Positions 1-8,669 of a stretch of DNA of 64,000 bases are shown in pieces; position 1 is the stretch's first letter, and every line of letters starts with the position of its first letter. Source of the stretch: Candidatus Lustribacter sp. (GTDB lineage: Bacteria; Vulcanimicrobiota; Vulcanimicrobiia; Vulcanimicrobiales; Vulcanimicrobiaceae); assembly GCA_965277805.1 (NCBI GenBank), contig OZ255842.1, positions 800,001-864,000 on the forward strand, given 5' to 3'. Under the pieces are notes generated by a model that saw only the letters and a list, made by a program, of their open reading frames with translations, ran no database searches and was not told where the DNA came from. Both the position numbers and the translations under genes were made by a program.

Positions 1-822
1 GCAGGCGACGAGACGCCACTGCCGGTGCTGCTGCTCGTGCACGGATCGTCGATCTCAGCGCTGCCAACCTACGACCTGACCGTCCCCGATGCCGGCCAAT
101 ACTCCGTGATGGATGTTTTCGCCGGCTATGGCTTCGATGTGTGGGCGGTCGATTGTGAGAATTACGGACGCTCGGCTCGCACGAGCGGAACATCGGATAT
201 CTCGAGCGGCGCGGACGACATCTTTACGGCCGTCGAACTGATCAAAGCGGAGACCGGCGCGCTGCGCGTCCACCTTTTTGGCGAATCATCGGGCGCGCTG
301 CGCGTCGCCCTTTTCGCCGCGCGTTATCCCGAACGCGTCGAGCGCATCGTGCTTTCCGCCTACACCTACACCGGCAAAGGGTCGCCGACGCTGTCGAAGC
401 GTGCTCTCGATGTCGAACGATTTCGCGCGAATCCGCGTCGTACCCGTGACCAATCGATGATCGATAGCATTTTCGAACGCGATAAACCGGGCACGTCCGT
501 GCCGCAAATCGCTCAGGCGATCGGGGCGATCGAACTGCAATTCGGAGACCAAGTGCCGACCGGCACGTATCTCGATATGGTCGCGAATCTGCCGACGGTC
601 GAACCGGAGCAACTGCGCAATCCCGTCATGATGATCACCGGGGAGTTCGATGGGATCTCGACGATGGAAGACCTGCTCGAATTTTACGCAAAGTTGCGGG
701 CAGAAAAGCAATTCATCGTTATGCCGGCAACGGCGCACTCCGTGGTGTGGGCGAAGAACCGCCATCTTTTCTGGCACTGGATGAAGGCGTTCCTCACGGA
801 GCCCGCCTACGAACCCGTCTAA
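1..822 (+). CDS. alpha/beta fold hydrolase (5'-partial)
   Basis: Frame open from base 1; LLVHGSS oxyanion region, GESSG nucleophile elbow, ITGEFD and AHS catalytic-triad motifs. Confidence 0.85.
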   Translation, partial: AGDETPLPVLLLVHGSSISALPTYDLTVPDAGQYSVMDVFAGYGFDVWAVDCENYGRSARTSGTSDISSGADDIFTAVELIKAETGALRVHLFGESSGALRVALFAARYPERVERIVLSAYTYTGKGSPTLSKRALDVERFRANPRRTRDQSMIDSIFERDKPGTSVPQIAQAIGAIELQFGDQVPTGTYLDMVANLPTVEPEQLRNPVMMITGEFDGISTMEDLLEFYAKLRAEKQFIVMPATAHSVVWAKNRHLFWHWMKAFLTEPAYEPV

Positions 823-823
823 T

Positions 824-1456
824 GTGCCCAAGCGTCCGCCGGGCCGGCCGCGCGACGACGTCCAACGTACGGCCTTGATCAACGAGACGCTACGCCTATT
901 GCAAACGACGCCACCGTCGCATTTGACGCGCTTGGATATCGCCCGCGCTGCCGGTGTGGACCCGGCTCTGATTCGCTACTATTTCGGCGATAAGTATAAG
1001 CTATTCGCGGAGGTTATCGCGTTGATCGCAGCCGAAATCGAACGGGGCGGAACGGAGGCGCTCACGAGCGAGGGTACTCCGAAGGAACGAATTGCGCGAT
1101 TGGTGCGTGCAAGCCACGACGTTCATCGCCGCTACCCCCATTATCACCAATTAATCTTAGATCAGATCATTCGCGGGCGTCCGGAGACGGTCCAACGGAT
1201 CCGTGCCGAGATGAGTGCCAGTCTGCGAAAAGGTTTGCTCGAGGTGATGCAGGAGGGCGCGGCGCGCGGAGATCTCCGAGTGGTTGACCCCGGTCATCTC
1301 GGTATTGCGATCATCGGCATGTGTGAGTATTTCAGCTCCGGCTGGGGACCGGTTTCGGCGCTCCTTGGAGAATCGCCGGAAGCTGGACGCGATGAATCCG
1401 CGGAACTCTACGGACAATTCATGGAAGAGCTTATCGTGCGCTCCCTCGCACCGTGA
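824..1456 (+). CDS. TetR/AcrR family transcriptional regulator
   Basis: N-terminal HTH GRPR...DIARAAGVDPALIRYYFGDK. Confidence 0.92.
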   Translation: MPKRPPGRPRDDVQRTALINETLRLLQTTPPSHLTRLDIARAAGVDPALIRYYFGDKYKLFAEVIALIAAEIERGGTEALTSEGTPKERIARLVRASHDVHRRYPHYHQLILDQIIRGRPETVQRIRAEMSASLRKGLLEVMQEGAARGDLRVVDPGHLGIAIIGMCEYFSSGWGPVSALLGESPEAGRDESAELYGQFMEELIVRSLAP

Positions 1457-1820
1457 TATAGAACATGAACTGCCGCGTCAATTGCCTGCTTCGCGCGGGT
1501 GGTCGATCACGACGGCGCGCAGCGCCAGCTCAAGCGCGACCCTCAGGAGCGCGATGCCCGTATCCAAGACCGGTGACGTCTCGGCGAGCCATGCGCGGTT
1601 CTCGCTGAGGTAGATGTCGAGCACAACGCGCGCGATCAAGGCCGGCTCTTCATTTGCGGAAACGCGTCGGGCAGACTGCGCGCTTACGATCAACCCGGTC
1701 AACCGCCTCGGTGTGCTGGAAGACGTCGACGCAATCGGTGCGAACGAGCGCATGATCGACCGCGGCCCGCTGCAAAACGATCTCTCCGCAAAAGCCGCCG
1801 TCGCTCAACTAAGCTTGAGT

Positions 1821-2750
1821 CTAGTGACCGTTCCAAATCATCTGCGCGGCCGGGACGCTTTCATCCATCGCTCCGTACTTTACCGACGCGTCGATACCAG
1901 GCTGTAGCAGGGCAGGGTCCAATGACGTCGCTAACGCCGCGCGCGCCATTGAGTTCGCCACCGCCGGGTCGAGCTTCGAGTAACGCACGAGTATGGCAGC
2001 CGATTCCTTCGGATGCGCGTTGCCCCACGCACTCGCCTTGTTCAGGGCGGAGACGAACTTTCTCGCGAGCTCGGGATTCGCAGCCAGCCACGAATTGCTC
2101 GCCGCATAGGCGACGGCAATAAATTTGGGCGCGATGCCGTCGAGCACGTTGCCCAGAGAGCGCACCGCCGAACTGCAGGTCGTAATGAAGGGTTTGACCG
2201 TCGCACCGGCATCGATGCGTCCGCTCTCAACGGCGGAACACATCTGCGGAAACGGCACCTCGACGAACTTGATCGACTTCGAATCACCACCGTGATGATC
2301 GACCCACGACATCACCGCCACTTGCTGCATCGTCTTGATGCCCGCGATCCCGACCGTCTTGCCGTTGAGATCCGCCGCCGATTTGTACGGCGCGCCGCTC
2401 TTAACGAGAATGACATTGTCCCGCGAAGCCGTGCTTTCCATCCCTCCGGCTGCGATGAGTTTGAGCGGGATGCCGTGCTGATATGCGGTCGCCAGCGATG
2501 AGATCGCGCCGCCCGCAACGTCGACCGAACCACCGGCCAGCGCCGCAACCCCGCTCGCTGCGTTCTGGCCGCCGGTAAATTCAACGGTTATCCCGACGTC
2601 CTTGAAATAGCCGAGGTCCTGTGCATAATACACGTTCCCGATCGTATCGAGCGGCGCCGCCGCCACCCGCACGACGGTCAATTGCTGCGCGCCGGCTTGG
2701 ACCATCGTTCCGGCCAGCAATGCAAATAACGAAACAATGAAGCGCTTCAT
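1821..2750 (-). CDS. ABC transporter substrate-binding protein (SsuA/TauA/NitT-like)
   Basis: Start MKRFIVSLFALLAG (signal peptide) with GGAGG RBS upstream; DLNGKTVG and GRIDA motifs. Confidence 0.85.
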   Translation of the reverse strand: MKRFIVSLFALLAGTMVQAGAQQLTVVRVAAAPLDTIGNVYYAQDLGYFKDVGITVEFTGGQNAASGVAALAGGSVDVAGGAISSLATAYQHGIPLKLIAAGGMESTASRDNVILVKSGAPYKSAADLNGKTVGIAGIKTMQQVAVMSWVDHHGGDSKSIKFVEVPFPQMCSAVESGRIDAGATVKPFITTCSSAVRSLGNVLDGIAPKFIAVAYAASNSWLAANPELARKFVSALNKASAWGNAHPKESAAILVRYSKLDPAVANSMARAALATSLDPALLQPGIDASVKYGAMDESVPAAQMIWNGH

Positions 2751-2859
2751 GGCTGACGGTTTCCCCTCCCGAAGACGTCGCGGAAAACTCCTCGACAATA
2801 CCGAAAATAGTCGTCCGGCGCCAGCCGGTAGCGACCGTAGCCGACGTGGACCGCAGTTC

Positions 2860-3300
2860 GACCATGCGAGGCGAAACCTCGGCATCGCGCGGCTCGAACA
2901 TGCCCGCTCCCGATGTCGCTGCAAGCGCGGCCAAGTGTCCGCCGGCAGAGGAGCCCCCAGAGGCCGTCCGCTCAGGATCGTAACCGTACGACGCGGCGCT
3001 GCGGCGCAACCAGCGGATGCTCATTTTAACATCCTCGATCTGCGCGGGAAAAACCGCCTCGTTTCTCAGACGGTGATCGATGCTTGCCACGGCAAATCCC
3101 GATCGCTCGCAGAACGCCGCCAGATCCGGAGAGAGCGTGCGGTTCCCGTGTCTCCAGCCGCCGCCGTGGATAAAGACGACGAGCGGAACAGGCTCGACAC
3201 GTTGAGCGGGGACGTAGATGTCGAGGCGTAAGTCCGCATGTTCGGGCGAAAGCCGACATCGGGGTATTGCTCGAGCGCCACGTTCATAAATTCCTCGTCG
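2860..3300 (-). pseudogene. truncated esterase/lipase (HSL/BD-FAE-like alpha/beta hydrolase) fragment; boundaries approximate
   Basis: LRLDIYVP...VFIHGGGW...FPAQIEDVK...GSSAGGHLAAL present; no C-terminal Asp/His region before the frame runs into the next gene. Confidence 0.65.
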
Positions 3301-3552
3301 GCCTGGACGCGATCTTATGAGGCAACGTACGTTTTGAAACCATCTCGAGAAGCCCATGCGCTTTCGCTAGCCTGCGAGTCGATCGACGCTTTATCGGCGT
3401 TGCAGCTGTGCTCGCAGAAACCCGGATCGTAAGTGTGGCTCTTTTCATTCGTTCGAGCGCTACGCTGTCCTGATCGAACACACGACGTAACGCATAGCGG
3501 AAGAACGCAGTCGTATGGGCACATTCGCGACTCCCGATATAGAAAAAACCCC

Positions 3553-3572
3553 GCCCCAACGGGATTCGAACC
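3553..3572. repeat. att site, distal copy of the tRNA-Glu 3' end
   Basis: Identical to 7927-7946; preceding block 3518-3555 matches 7868-7905 at 33/38. Confidence 0.85.
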
Positions 3573-3689
3573 GCTCAACACGGGTCCCGGCCGCTCCCGT
3601 TGGGTCCTCGAAAACCTTGCTACGTGAGGGTTTCTAGCGTCCGGGCGTCCTTTCGAGTCCCCTCGAAATTCGCCTAAAACCGTCGAGTC

Positions 3690-3707
3690 TGTGTCACCGT
3701 TGTGTCA
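3690..3707. repeat. putative integrase arm-type sites (TGTGTCA x2, 11-bp period)
   Basis: TGTGTCA at 3690-3696 and 3701-3707; same arrangement at 7846-7863. Confidence 0.6.
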
Positions 3708-3797
3708 CGACTTGGCGCACCGTTGCCTGGTGGCCGAGGCGGTCCTGGACCGTTGTAAGCGGAAGCCAAGCCGCCACCCGTTTGGGGGAGCACTTCC

Positions 3798-4096
3798 GTG
3801 AAGGAACGCGTTCGGGAATGGGCGGTCGAAGCGGGCCCTGTCGCTATGGGCTTCGGATTGGTAGTGGGCGGCATTATCTTTGTCGTCTGGTTGATTATGG
3901 CGTCGGAACGTCCCCTCGAATTGCTAGGCACATTTTTTCCGACCTTTTTAGGCCCGGCACCTGATGGACGAATTTGCCGCAAAGTGCGCCACCCGCAGTC
4001 CCGTTTATCGTCTTGCCGTTCGCAGTTGTCTTTTTCTGTGGGCTCGCTCGCGGACTTCTTGCGATTCGCAAAGCGCGTGCGATGCCTCCAGAATGA
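3798..4096 (+). pseudogene. small membrane protein, apparently frameshifted near 3930-3965
   Basis: TM segment GFGLVVGGIIFVVWLIMA in one frame; second TM VPFIVLPFAVVFFCGLARGLLAI in another frame, ending at an ATGA overlap with the next gene. Confidence 0.35.
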
Positions 4097-4455
4097 AAAG
4101 CGCACTGGAGCGCCTTGCGGGCGCGCTTTCTAAGATGATAGCGAATGGAGTCGTGGGGATCGTTGGCCTGGCAGTAGTCCTTGCGATCGGTGCTTACGCC
4201 CTCTACGTCTTGTTCAGCGTCATTTACTTCGGTGGCAAATTCCTCATCGACACGGGGAATACGCTCGTTTGGCTGGTGCGTCACCCTCTTGAATTCGTGG
4301 TCGCCGTTGTTACGGGCGTATGGGACTTCGCGTCGACTTATATCATCGGAATGCTAGTACTCGGTCTTTTCTTCGCGGTCGGGTCGTGGCTGTTCGGTCT
4401 TGGCGAGAAGACTGCGGGCCCTATTGTTCAATTTCTGGACCGTCGACTGAAATAG
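4093..4455 (+). CDS. hypothetical membrane protein
   Basis: MKSALERLAG... with 2-3 hydrophobic segments. Confidence 0.6.
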   Translation: MKSALERLAGALSKMIANGVVGIVGLAVVLAIGAYALYVLFSVIYFGGKFLIDTGNTLVWLVRHPLEFVVAVVTGVWDFASTYIIGMLVLGLFFAVGSWLFGLGEKTAGPIVQFLDRRLK

Positions 4456-4536
4456 TCCACTGTGGCTAGTATTTGTCGCTTTGGACGCGAGGTGCGCGGA
4501 TGACCGGACCGAATTTGCAAGAGGCGAGATCAACGT

Positions 4537-4794
4537 ATGCATCCTGAACTTGACGCACTTGGTAAAACCTACGCTGAGAAGCAAGTCGCGTTTATAGAGG
4601 TTAATCGACTGCTCGACGAATCGTCGGATAAACTTGTGACAACGAGTGTTTTTGATCCGGCCTTCTACGCACTGTCAGACGAACACACAAAGCGATTTGA
4701 AGCGTGGAGCAAGGTTGTCCATGAAATAAATGACGCCGCCCATCGCCTCGGAATCCGTGCACAAGAATTAGCAAATGAACAGCGACGTATGTAG
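4537..4794 (+). CDS. hypothetical small helical protein
   Basis: 85-aa ATG ORF, GAGG upstream, amphipathic helical composition. Confidence 0.55.
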   Translation: MHPELDALGKTYAEKQVAFIEVNRLLDESSDKLVTTSVFDPAFYALSDEHTKRFEAWSKVVHEINDAAHRLGIRAQELANEQRRM

Positions 4795-4799
4795 CGCCC

Positions 4800-5304
4800 T
4801 CAATGTGTAAACGGACAACTGCATAGTTCAATAGCGGTGGGCGTCTCAGCGCGTAAATTCACGCCGAGGTTAGCCTCATCTACTCTTTCGAAATCCACGA
4901 GAAACGGCTTGTCTTTGAACCCGATGACTTCAATCCGGGTCTTCCCAGACCGCAACTTCTTGATTGCGCCGACCGCCGCTCTCTCATTGTTGGGCAGTAC
5001 GATGACCCCGTTCATGCAACGGTTCCCACTGAACCCCATCACAAGGGCGTGAAATGCGTTCGCCTTCCCGATCATCGCGTAGTCCGATGTGACGATGCAG
5101 GCCTGCCGCTCGAATGCCAATTGCAAAATGTGCGCGAAGTCCTCGTCTTCGCTGTGCGAGCCTTTGTAGGTGGCCTTCGGCATCGTCGTCTTCGAGTCGA
5201 TCATCATTGCCGGGTAGAACCGACATAAAGGCTTGGGCGTTGAAATTCTTGTCGATCACGAAAAGATGCTGCGGATAGAGTTCGGTCGACTGCCGCTTTC
5301 CCAT
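4800..5304 (-). pseudogene. PIN-like (DUF5615/VapC45-like) protein split by a frameshift
   Basis: LFVIDKNF in the 5304 frame; EDEDFAHILQLAFERQACIVTSD in the 5207 frame. Confidence 0.5.
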
Positions 5305-5341
5305 ACGTAGAAATTCGCTCGAAATACCGGGTAGTCTTTCG

Positions 5342-5357
5342 GGTCTACCGGTAGACC
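5342..5357. promoter_or_regulatory. perfect 16-bp palindrome, candidate operator
   Basis: GGTCTACCGGTAGACC, ~40 bp upstream of the PIN-like start. Confidence 0.35.
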
Positions 5358-5840
5358 GTTATGCAAGTCAGGGGTCACTGAAATGAGCATTGAATCACCA
5401 AACCCTGAAACGCAGGCCTGTTCCGCACTAAACTGAGCCTGAACCGACCCACACGAAACCCCAACAAAACAGGCTGATTCACCCAAGCCTGCCCGCATGA
5501 TCCCAGCGTGAAGCCGTTCTATGAGGCGGGTCCTGTATTTTGGACCACTTGTGACCACGAAAGCGGTGTGCGCTTTATGGGTTCCGGCGTTTTCATTGAG
5601 GCCACGTTATCGCCAAAAATGTTGCCCTGTGACGTGTCAATGTTCCTGAGACGGACGAGAACACTCGAACGGGACCTAGCGCCTCACACAGAGCCCGCAA
5701 GGGGCCTCTATGTGGCTCTTGGCGACCTGCCCCCGATCATCTTTGGATCACACGAAGGACGCGATCCAAAACAGGCACAATCGGTTTGTGGCTCATTACT
5801 GCGCGCTATGCGCGCTGGTCGTTGAAGGTGGCGACGCAAA

Positions 5841-7133
5841 ATGACATTTAGAACTCCGAAGATCGATGACTTTATCGCTTGGAAGATCAATGGCGGTCAC
5901 ATTGCCGCGCTAACTGCAGCCGCCTACAAAACGGAACTCGAACGCTTTCAAGAATTTTTGAACGAAAAAGAAGAGCAAAAAGCGATTTGGGCTGCTGATA
6001 AGCACGACGTCAGCCAATTCCTTGCACTAAAGCGCCAAACCAACGCGCCAACGACGACGCATCGGATTTTTGCACCGATTAAAGAGTTCTTCAAATATCT
6101 TCAGCACGAGCAACTTAGATCTGATAATCCTACAACGGGAATAAGACTTGCACGGATCGCGCGCCGGAATGACTCGCGGGTCACGTTGGCTCGCGCGGAC
6201 GTGCAGAAACTCTTGAACGCGCCAACGGGACGGTTGGCAGTGCGCGACAGAGCCATTATTCATTGCTTCTGTTCTGGTTTAAAGCGCAATGAAGTCCAGG
6301 CACTTTTGATCGGCGACGTAGACCTCGAAGCACGTAGGCTCAAGGTCGGCAATCGATTTGTGCCGCTTTCGGAACCAGCATGCGTTGCGCTCGCTGCCCA
6401 TTTGCAGGCGCGGCAAGCGAAGAGGTCGGCGATCTTATTCACTGCCGCTGCGAGGCATGCCGCGACTATGGGCTTGCGGCAATTGTGGCACGTCGTAAAA
6501 TCCAACGCGATGCGAGTCGGCCTCGACGAAGAGACAAGCCCGGAAACGCTAAGAACAACCTTTGTCGTCCACGCCATGGAAGATGGCATCACGTTCTTGG
6601 GCCTAATCGATGCTATCGGAACATATAATGATTTTTGGTTGCGCGACCTTTTAGAAGCCGCAAAGCCGGAATTCGCAAAGCGCAGTGCCGATCTTTCCGT
6701 GGGCGCTTTGGCGCATCGTGCTTATGGGCCGGGAAGAGAATATGATTTCTACATCGATCTCGCCTCGGAGATCGCTAAGGCTCAGGCGAACGTCTTCGTT
6801 ATTGATGCCTACATCGATGAAGATTTGTTTAACTTGTACGTTAGCAAGATTCCGGCTACGGCGAAGACACGGGTTTTGTCGATGAAGTTCGACGACAATG
6901 TCGAGAAAGTTGCATCGATGTTCTCAAGTCAACAGCCAATTCAGTTGCGAAAAACCAAGCATATTCACGATAGGCACATATTCATAGATGATCGTGGCTG
7001 GGCAGTTGGACAATCTATCAAAGAGGCGGGGAAGAAGAAGCCCACTTACCTCATTGAACTATCCGAACCTACGTTAAGCGCCGCGAGAGCCGCTTACGAG
7101 AGCCTCTGGAGCGCTGCTACCGTACTCATTTAG
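5841..7133 (+). CDS. XerC/D-like tyrosine recombinase (degenerate active site) fused to a C-terminal PLD-like nuclease domain
   Basis: SAM-like N-domain (FFKYL...DNPT), RDRAII, SPETLRTTF; C-terminal VFVIDAY...HIHDRHIFID...VGQSIKEAGKK. Confidence 0.8.
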   Translation: MTFRTPKIDDFIAWKINGGHIAALTAAAYKTELERFQEFLNEKEEQKAIWAADKHDVSQFLALKRQTNAPTTTHRIFAPIKEFFKYLQHEQLRSDNPTTGIRLARIARRNDSRVTLARADVQKLLNAPTGRLAVRDRAIIHCFCSGLKRNEVQALLIGDVDLEARRLKVGNRFVPLSEPACVALAAHLQARQAKRSAILFTAAARHAATMGLRQLWHVVKSNAMRVGLDEETSPETLRTTFVVHAMEDGITFLGLIDAIGTYNDFWLRDLLEAAKPEFAKRSADLSVGALAHRAYGPGREYDFYIDLASEIAKAQANVFVIDAYIDEDLFNLYVSKIPATAKTRVLSMKFDDNVEKVASMFSSQQPIQLRKTKHIHDRHIFIDDRGWAVGQSIKEAGKKKPTYLIELSEPTLSAARAAYESLWSAATVLI

Positions 7134-7269
7134 CGCGACATCCTTTATTGTTTTAAGTTGGCTTTACGGGCGCCGGCTCTTAAATCGGTCACGAAAGCGG
7201 TATAGGCTATGCGTCGAAAGTAAATGGCGTCAGGTCCAATTACAACGGGTGAAGAGTTAGGACTGGGAC

Positions 7270-7839
7270 TTGAAAATAAAAAGCGTTATCGCGCGCAAGT
7301 TTAAACGGTTTGCCGACTTGGAGATCGTTGACTTGCCGGAGTCTGCTAGGCTTGTTGTTCTTGCTGGCCCAAATGGCTTCGGAAAGTCATCGCTATTTGA
7401 CGCATTTTTCACTTTCCATCACTTCTCAAGCGCGGGCAATCTCAACCGTGGGGTTCTTTCCGATGAGCGTGTTGTTGCAGTGATTCTCACTGCCTGTGTC
7501 CTGGTGAAGTGTAGCCCGAACGAGGCTCCGGGCCTTCGTTGGGTCAGCGCCATATGCCGTGGCGCGTTTCGGCTTCGTGATCTTCATGAGCACTTTCGCA
7601 GAATCGAGGGTTGTGCGAATCCGAGCCGGCCAGGTGCCCGTGAACACTTCTCGAAAATCCGGTTGCACGATCTGCGTCATACTCACGCGTCCCTCATGGC
7701 GATGGCCGGGCAATCACTTGACGTGATTTCGAAGCGACTCGGACATTCCAACATCGCGATCACGGCCGAGAGGTACCTGTCCGTCTACACCTCGCGAGAT
7801 GAAGCGGCGTCGGAGGCCTTCGCTACCCTCCTACGCTGA
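7270..7839 (+). pseudogene. chimeric remnant: ABC/SMC-type AAA ATPase N-terminus joined to a tyrosine integrase C-terminus
   Basis: MKIKSV..FKRF..LAGPNGFGKSS (Walker A); IRLHDLRHTHAS...RLGHSNIAITAERY. Confidence 0.75.
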
Positions 7840-7845
7840 AGGTTC

Positions 7846-7863
7846 TGTGTCAGGAATGTGTCA
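7846..7863. repeat. putative integrase arm-type sites (TGTGTCA x2)
   Basis: TGTGTCA at 7846-7852 and 7857-7863, right after the integrase stop codon. Confidence 0.6.
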
Positions 7864-7892
7864 TGGAGGCACATTCTCGACACCGTACATAG

Positions 7893-7918
7893 AAAAAACC
7901 CCGCCGTAGCGAGGTTTT
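7893..7918 (-). terminator. intrinsic terminator downstream of tRNA-Glu
   Basis: Minus strand AAAACCTCGC-TACG-GCGGGGTTTTTT hairpin with U-tract. Confidence 0.75.
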
Positions 7919-7924
7919 GAGATT

Positions 7925-7997
7925 TAGCCCCAACGGGATTCGAACCCGTGTTACCGCCGTGAGAGGGCGACGTCCTAGGCCTCTAGACGATAGGGCC
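7925..7997 (-). tRNA. tRNA-Glu (anticodon CTC)
   Basis: GGCCCTATCGTCTAGAGGCCTAGGACGTCGCC-CTCTCAC-GGCGGTAACACGGGTTCGAATCCCGTTGGGGCTA folds as a cloverleaf; CCA not encoded. Confidence 0.97.
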
Positions 7998-8000
7998 GTT

Positions 8001-8669
8001 TTAAGCTCCCGGTGATGGACTCGAACCACCATAGGCAGAATCAGAACCTGCAGTCCTACCGTTAGACGAACCGGGATCACCATTCGATTTTCGAAGATTT
8101 CTGGCGGCGAAGGTATCAGTTTGACTGTGACAGTTGGGACAGAGCATCCGAAGATTCTCCAGCCGATGGTCGTCACGCACACCGTTGACGTGGTCGATTT
8201 GGATGCTCAGCGGGCGGCCCCTCCATTCACTAAGACCGCACCAGTCGCAACGGTTTACGATTATACCAGCTTTGAGCAAGCGGCGTTTGATGGTTAGCCG
8301 GCTCGTTGAAGTAGCGACGGCCTCCTCGGCCGTCCAGACCTTCGTCGGCTTGGGAACGATGCGTCCAGCCTTCACCGCTTTGGTCCATGAAGCGGATGAG
8401 AAGCCGAAACGGCTCCGGCACTCCCGATAGCTCGCGCCCCGGTAGTAACAAGACTGGATCTCGCCCCAGTCATATCGCCGCCTTGCCGCTTCGGAGAGTG
8501 CAGAGGGCGTCGCGACGACGATGTCGCCAAGCGCGATGGCCTTCTTCCACGTAGCGTGTGCTATCCCGAATCGCCTGTGGCAGCTGAGATAGCCATTCCC
8601 GTCGTCGATATACGCCTGCATCGCCTCCCAGTCGAAAAACTTGCGGCCATATTTCCCGTGCCTTCTCAT
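8001..8669 (-). CDS. HNH endonuclease with duplicated N-terminal helical repeat; ORF reads through tRNA-Gln
   Basis: CDWC...IQIDHVNG...NLRMLCPNCHSQT zinc-binding HNH motif; first in-frame stop at 8001-8003. Confidence 0.88.
   Translation of the reverse strand: MRRHGKYGRKFFDWEAMQAYIDDGNGYLSCHRRFGIAHATWKKAIALGDIVVATPSALSEAARRRYDWGEIQSCYYRGASYRECRSRFGFSSASWTKAVKAGRIVPKPTKVWTAEEAVATSTSRLTIKRRLLKAGIIVNRCDWCGLSEWRGRPLSIQIDHVNGVRDDHRLENLRMLCPNCHSQTDTFAARNLRKSNGDPGSSNGRTAGSDSAYGGSSPSPGA
8006..8076 (-). tRNA. tRNA-Gln (anticodon CTG)
   Basis: TCCCGGTTCGTCTAACGGTAGGACTGCAGG-TTCTGAT-TCTGCCTATGGTGGTTCGAGTCCATCACCGGGAG folds as a cloverleaf. Confidence 0.95.

Larger units (their letters stand above)
3553..7946. 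mobile_element. degraded integrative element/genomic island inserted at the tRNA-Glu 3' end
   Basis: 20-bp direct repeat GCCCCAACGGGATTCGAACC at 3553-3572 and 7927-7946 (tRNA-Glu 3' end); visibly lower GC; integrase C-terminal remnant next to the tRNA; paired TGTGTCA repeats inside both ends. Confidence 0.85.

Noticed and set aside
1478-1753. 91-aa minus-strand ORF after the TetR gene
   Set aside because: No recognisable motif or RBS; may be a gene fragment but cannot be supported.
2737-2750. Perfect palindrome ATGAAGCGCTTCAT giving MKRF on both strands
   Set aside because: It coincides with the SBP start codons; the plus-strand ORF 2737-3231 looks like a shadow ORF and there is no evidence of function.
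5508-5825. 105-aa ORF upstream of the Xer-PLD gene
   Set aside because: No recognisable motif; overlaps the likely divergent promoter region.
5556-7201. 12-bp direct repeat CACGAAAGCGGT (5556-5567 and 7190-7201) flanking the Xer-PLD gene
   Set aside because: One 12-mer repeat in ~4.4 kb is roughly expected by chance and has no dyad structure typical of Xer sites; revisit only if conserved in homologous loci.
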